Of a stretch of DNA of 64,000 nt, positions 63,206-64,000 are shown piece by piece. Position 1 is the stretch's first letter. Each line of letters starts with the position of its first letter. Origin of the DNA: Chromera velia (taxonomy: Eukaryota); NCBI GenBank assembly GCA_018398765.1, contig JAHBMJ010000112.1, positions 62,001 to 126,000 of the forward strand, in the 5' to 3' direction. The translations under genes and the position numbers were made by a program. The notes under the pieces are model-generated. The model was not told the origin of the DNA, did no database searches, and saw nothing but the letters and a program-made list of their open reading frames with translations.

Positions 63206-64000
63206 TTAAGGATAGACCGAAAAAATCGGTTCCTGGAATCCAGCGGGCCTCTTCATGAACAGTGTGAAGCTGTTTTGAAATTTTTTGTGGGGTTCCAGAA
63301 AGGTCATGGTGCTGTAAGAGGAGAGACCGCCCATCCACGCACGCAACTCCAACGCCTCCTTCAAGGAGTCCTTTTCCTTTTCCTCCTTTTTCACGCCAGC
63401 ATCAGCTTGACATGGCTCTGAGGGCCTCTTCAACTCGGAACGAACAGAAGAAGAGTTGGGAGACAAAACCGAAGCGACCATCCCTTTTTCGTCCTCTACA
63501 ACTACTCCGCTGCCTCGCTTTTCAGGAGCGTGCTCGACATGTTCTGCCTTCTGACTACCATCACGGTCGCCGGGCAAAGGCACGTCGAGCCTCGTCTCCG
63601 GAAGAGTGCACCCGACTGCCTCTCGCCTCCCGTCTCCCGTGTCTGGGGGATTCGTGCCGAGCCTGGCCTCAGAAACCTCAGGCCGAGGAGGTCCCTCACC
63701 AGGAGGGGAAGCCGGTACCTTACCTCCCCTTCCTGAGGGTCCTTGGTTTCTCATCACTTCCAACCACTGCCTTGTGAGGAGATTCGTGGCAGTGGAGTGC
63801 ACTGCAATGATTCCCCCCTGTGGACTGAGGATGGGCCAGTAGATTCGAAAGAATTCTGTCAGCCTCTCGCAAGCCCCAAAGTCGACCCAAAAAAAGTCGG
63901 GAACAACATCCGACGGCAACTGACGAGCAAATTCGAACCCATCTGCACGGTGGAGTTTCAAATGCTCGGAGAACCCGAGCTCTTCTGCGATGTCCCCGAT
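63206..64000 (-). CDS. Class I SAM-dependent methyltransferase-like protein, C-terminal part (5' end outside the window)
   Basis: LHRADGFEF..PDFFWVDFG..YWPILSPQGGIIAVHST resembles the beta3-beta5 region of Rossmann methyltransferases. A low-complexity insert and the tail TFLEPHKKFQNSFTLF follow. Motif I is not in the window. Confidence 0.6.
   Translation of the reverse strand: MGDIAEELGFSEHLKLHRADGFEFARQLPSDVVPDFFWVDFGACERLTEFFRIYWPILSPQGGIIAVHSTATNLLTRQWLEVMRNQGPSGRGGKVPASPPGEGPPRPEVSEARLGTNPPDTGDGRREAVGCTLPETRLDVPLPGDRDGSQKAEHVEHAPEKRGSGVVVEDEKGMVASVLSPNSSSVRSELKRPSEPCQADAGVKKEEKEKDSLKEALELRAWMGGLSSYSTMTFLEPHKKFQNSFTLFMKRPAGFQEPIFSVYP

Overview
Eukaryotic nuclear DNA with GT-AG introns, microsatellite-filled introns, GC-rich genes and AT-rich intergenic tracts. 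It is most likely from a photosynthetic alveolate such as a chromerid (Chromera-like). That is an inference from a CcdA with a bipartite plastid leader, a HslU with an N-terminal extension, an RI-like LRR gene and abundant TGCATG. I spliced ten genes by hand: HslU/ClpY (partial), a ~3,100-aa mostly disordered protein with a 2TM SLATT-like module at each end, a secreted BP74/CaM-BP-like protein, CcdA, an LRR protein, a BAP29/31-like protein, a VAMP7-like longin R-SNARE, PP1 inhibitor-2, a SUN-domain protein and a partial SAM methyltransferase-like gene. Intergenic regions hold nested transposons: two non-autonomous LTR elements with AGT...ACT termini, a tRNA primer-binding site and a polypurine tract, plus several TIR elements with 8-11 bp target duplications. 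The strongest signal is that intergenic repeat copies differ almost only by C:G<->T:A transitions on both strands, mostly at CpA/TpG and then CpG, and the surrounding DNA is TpA-rich. This resembles fungal repeat-induced point mutation (RIP) in an apparently non-fungal genome. All alignments, counts and family calls were made by eye, with no database searches.
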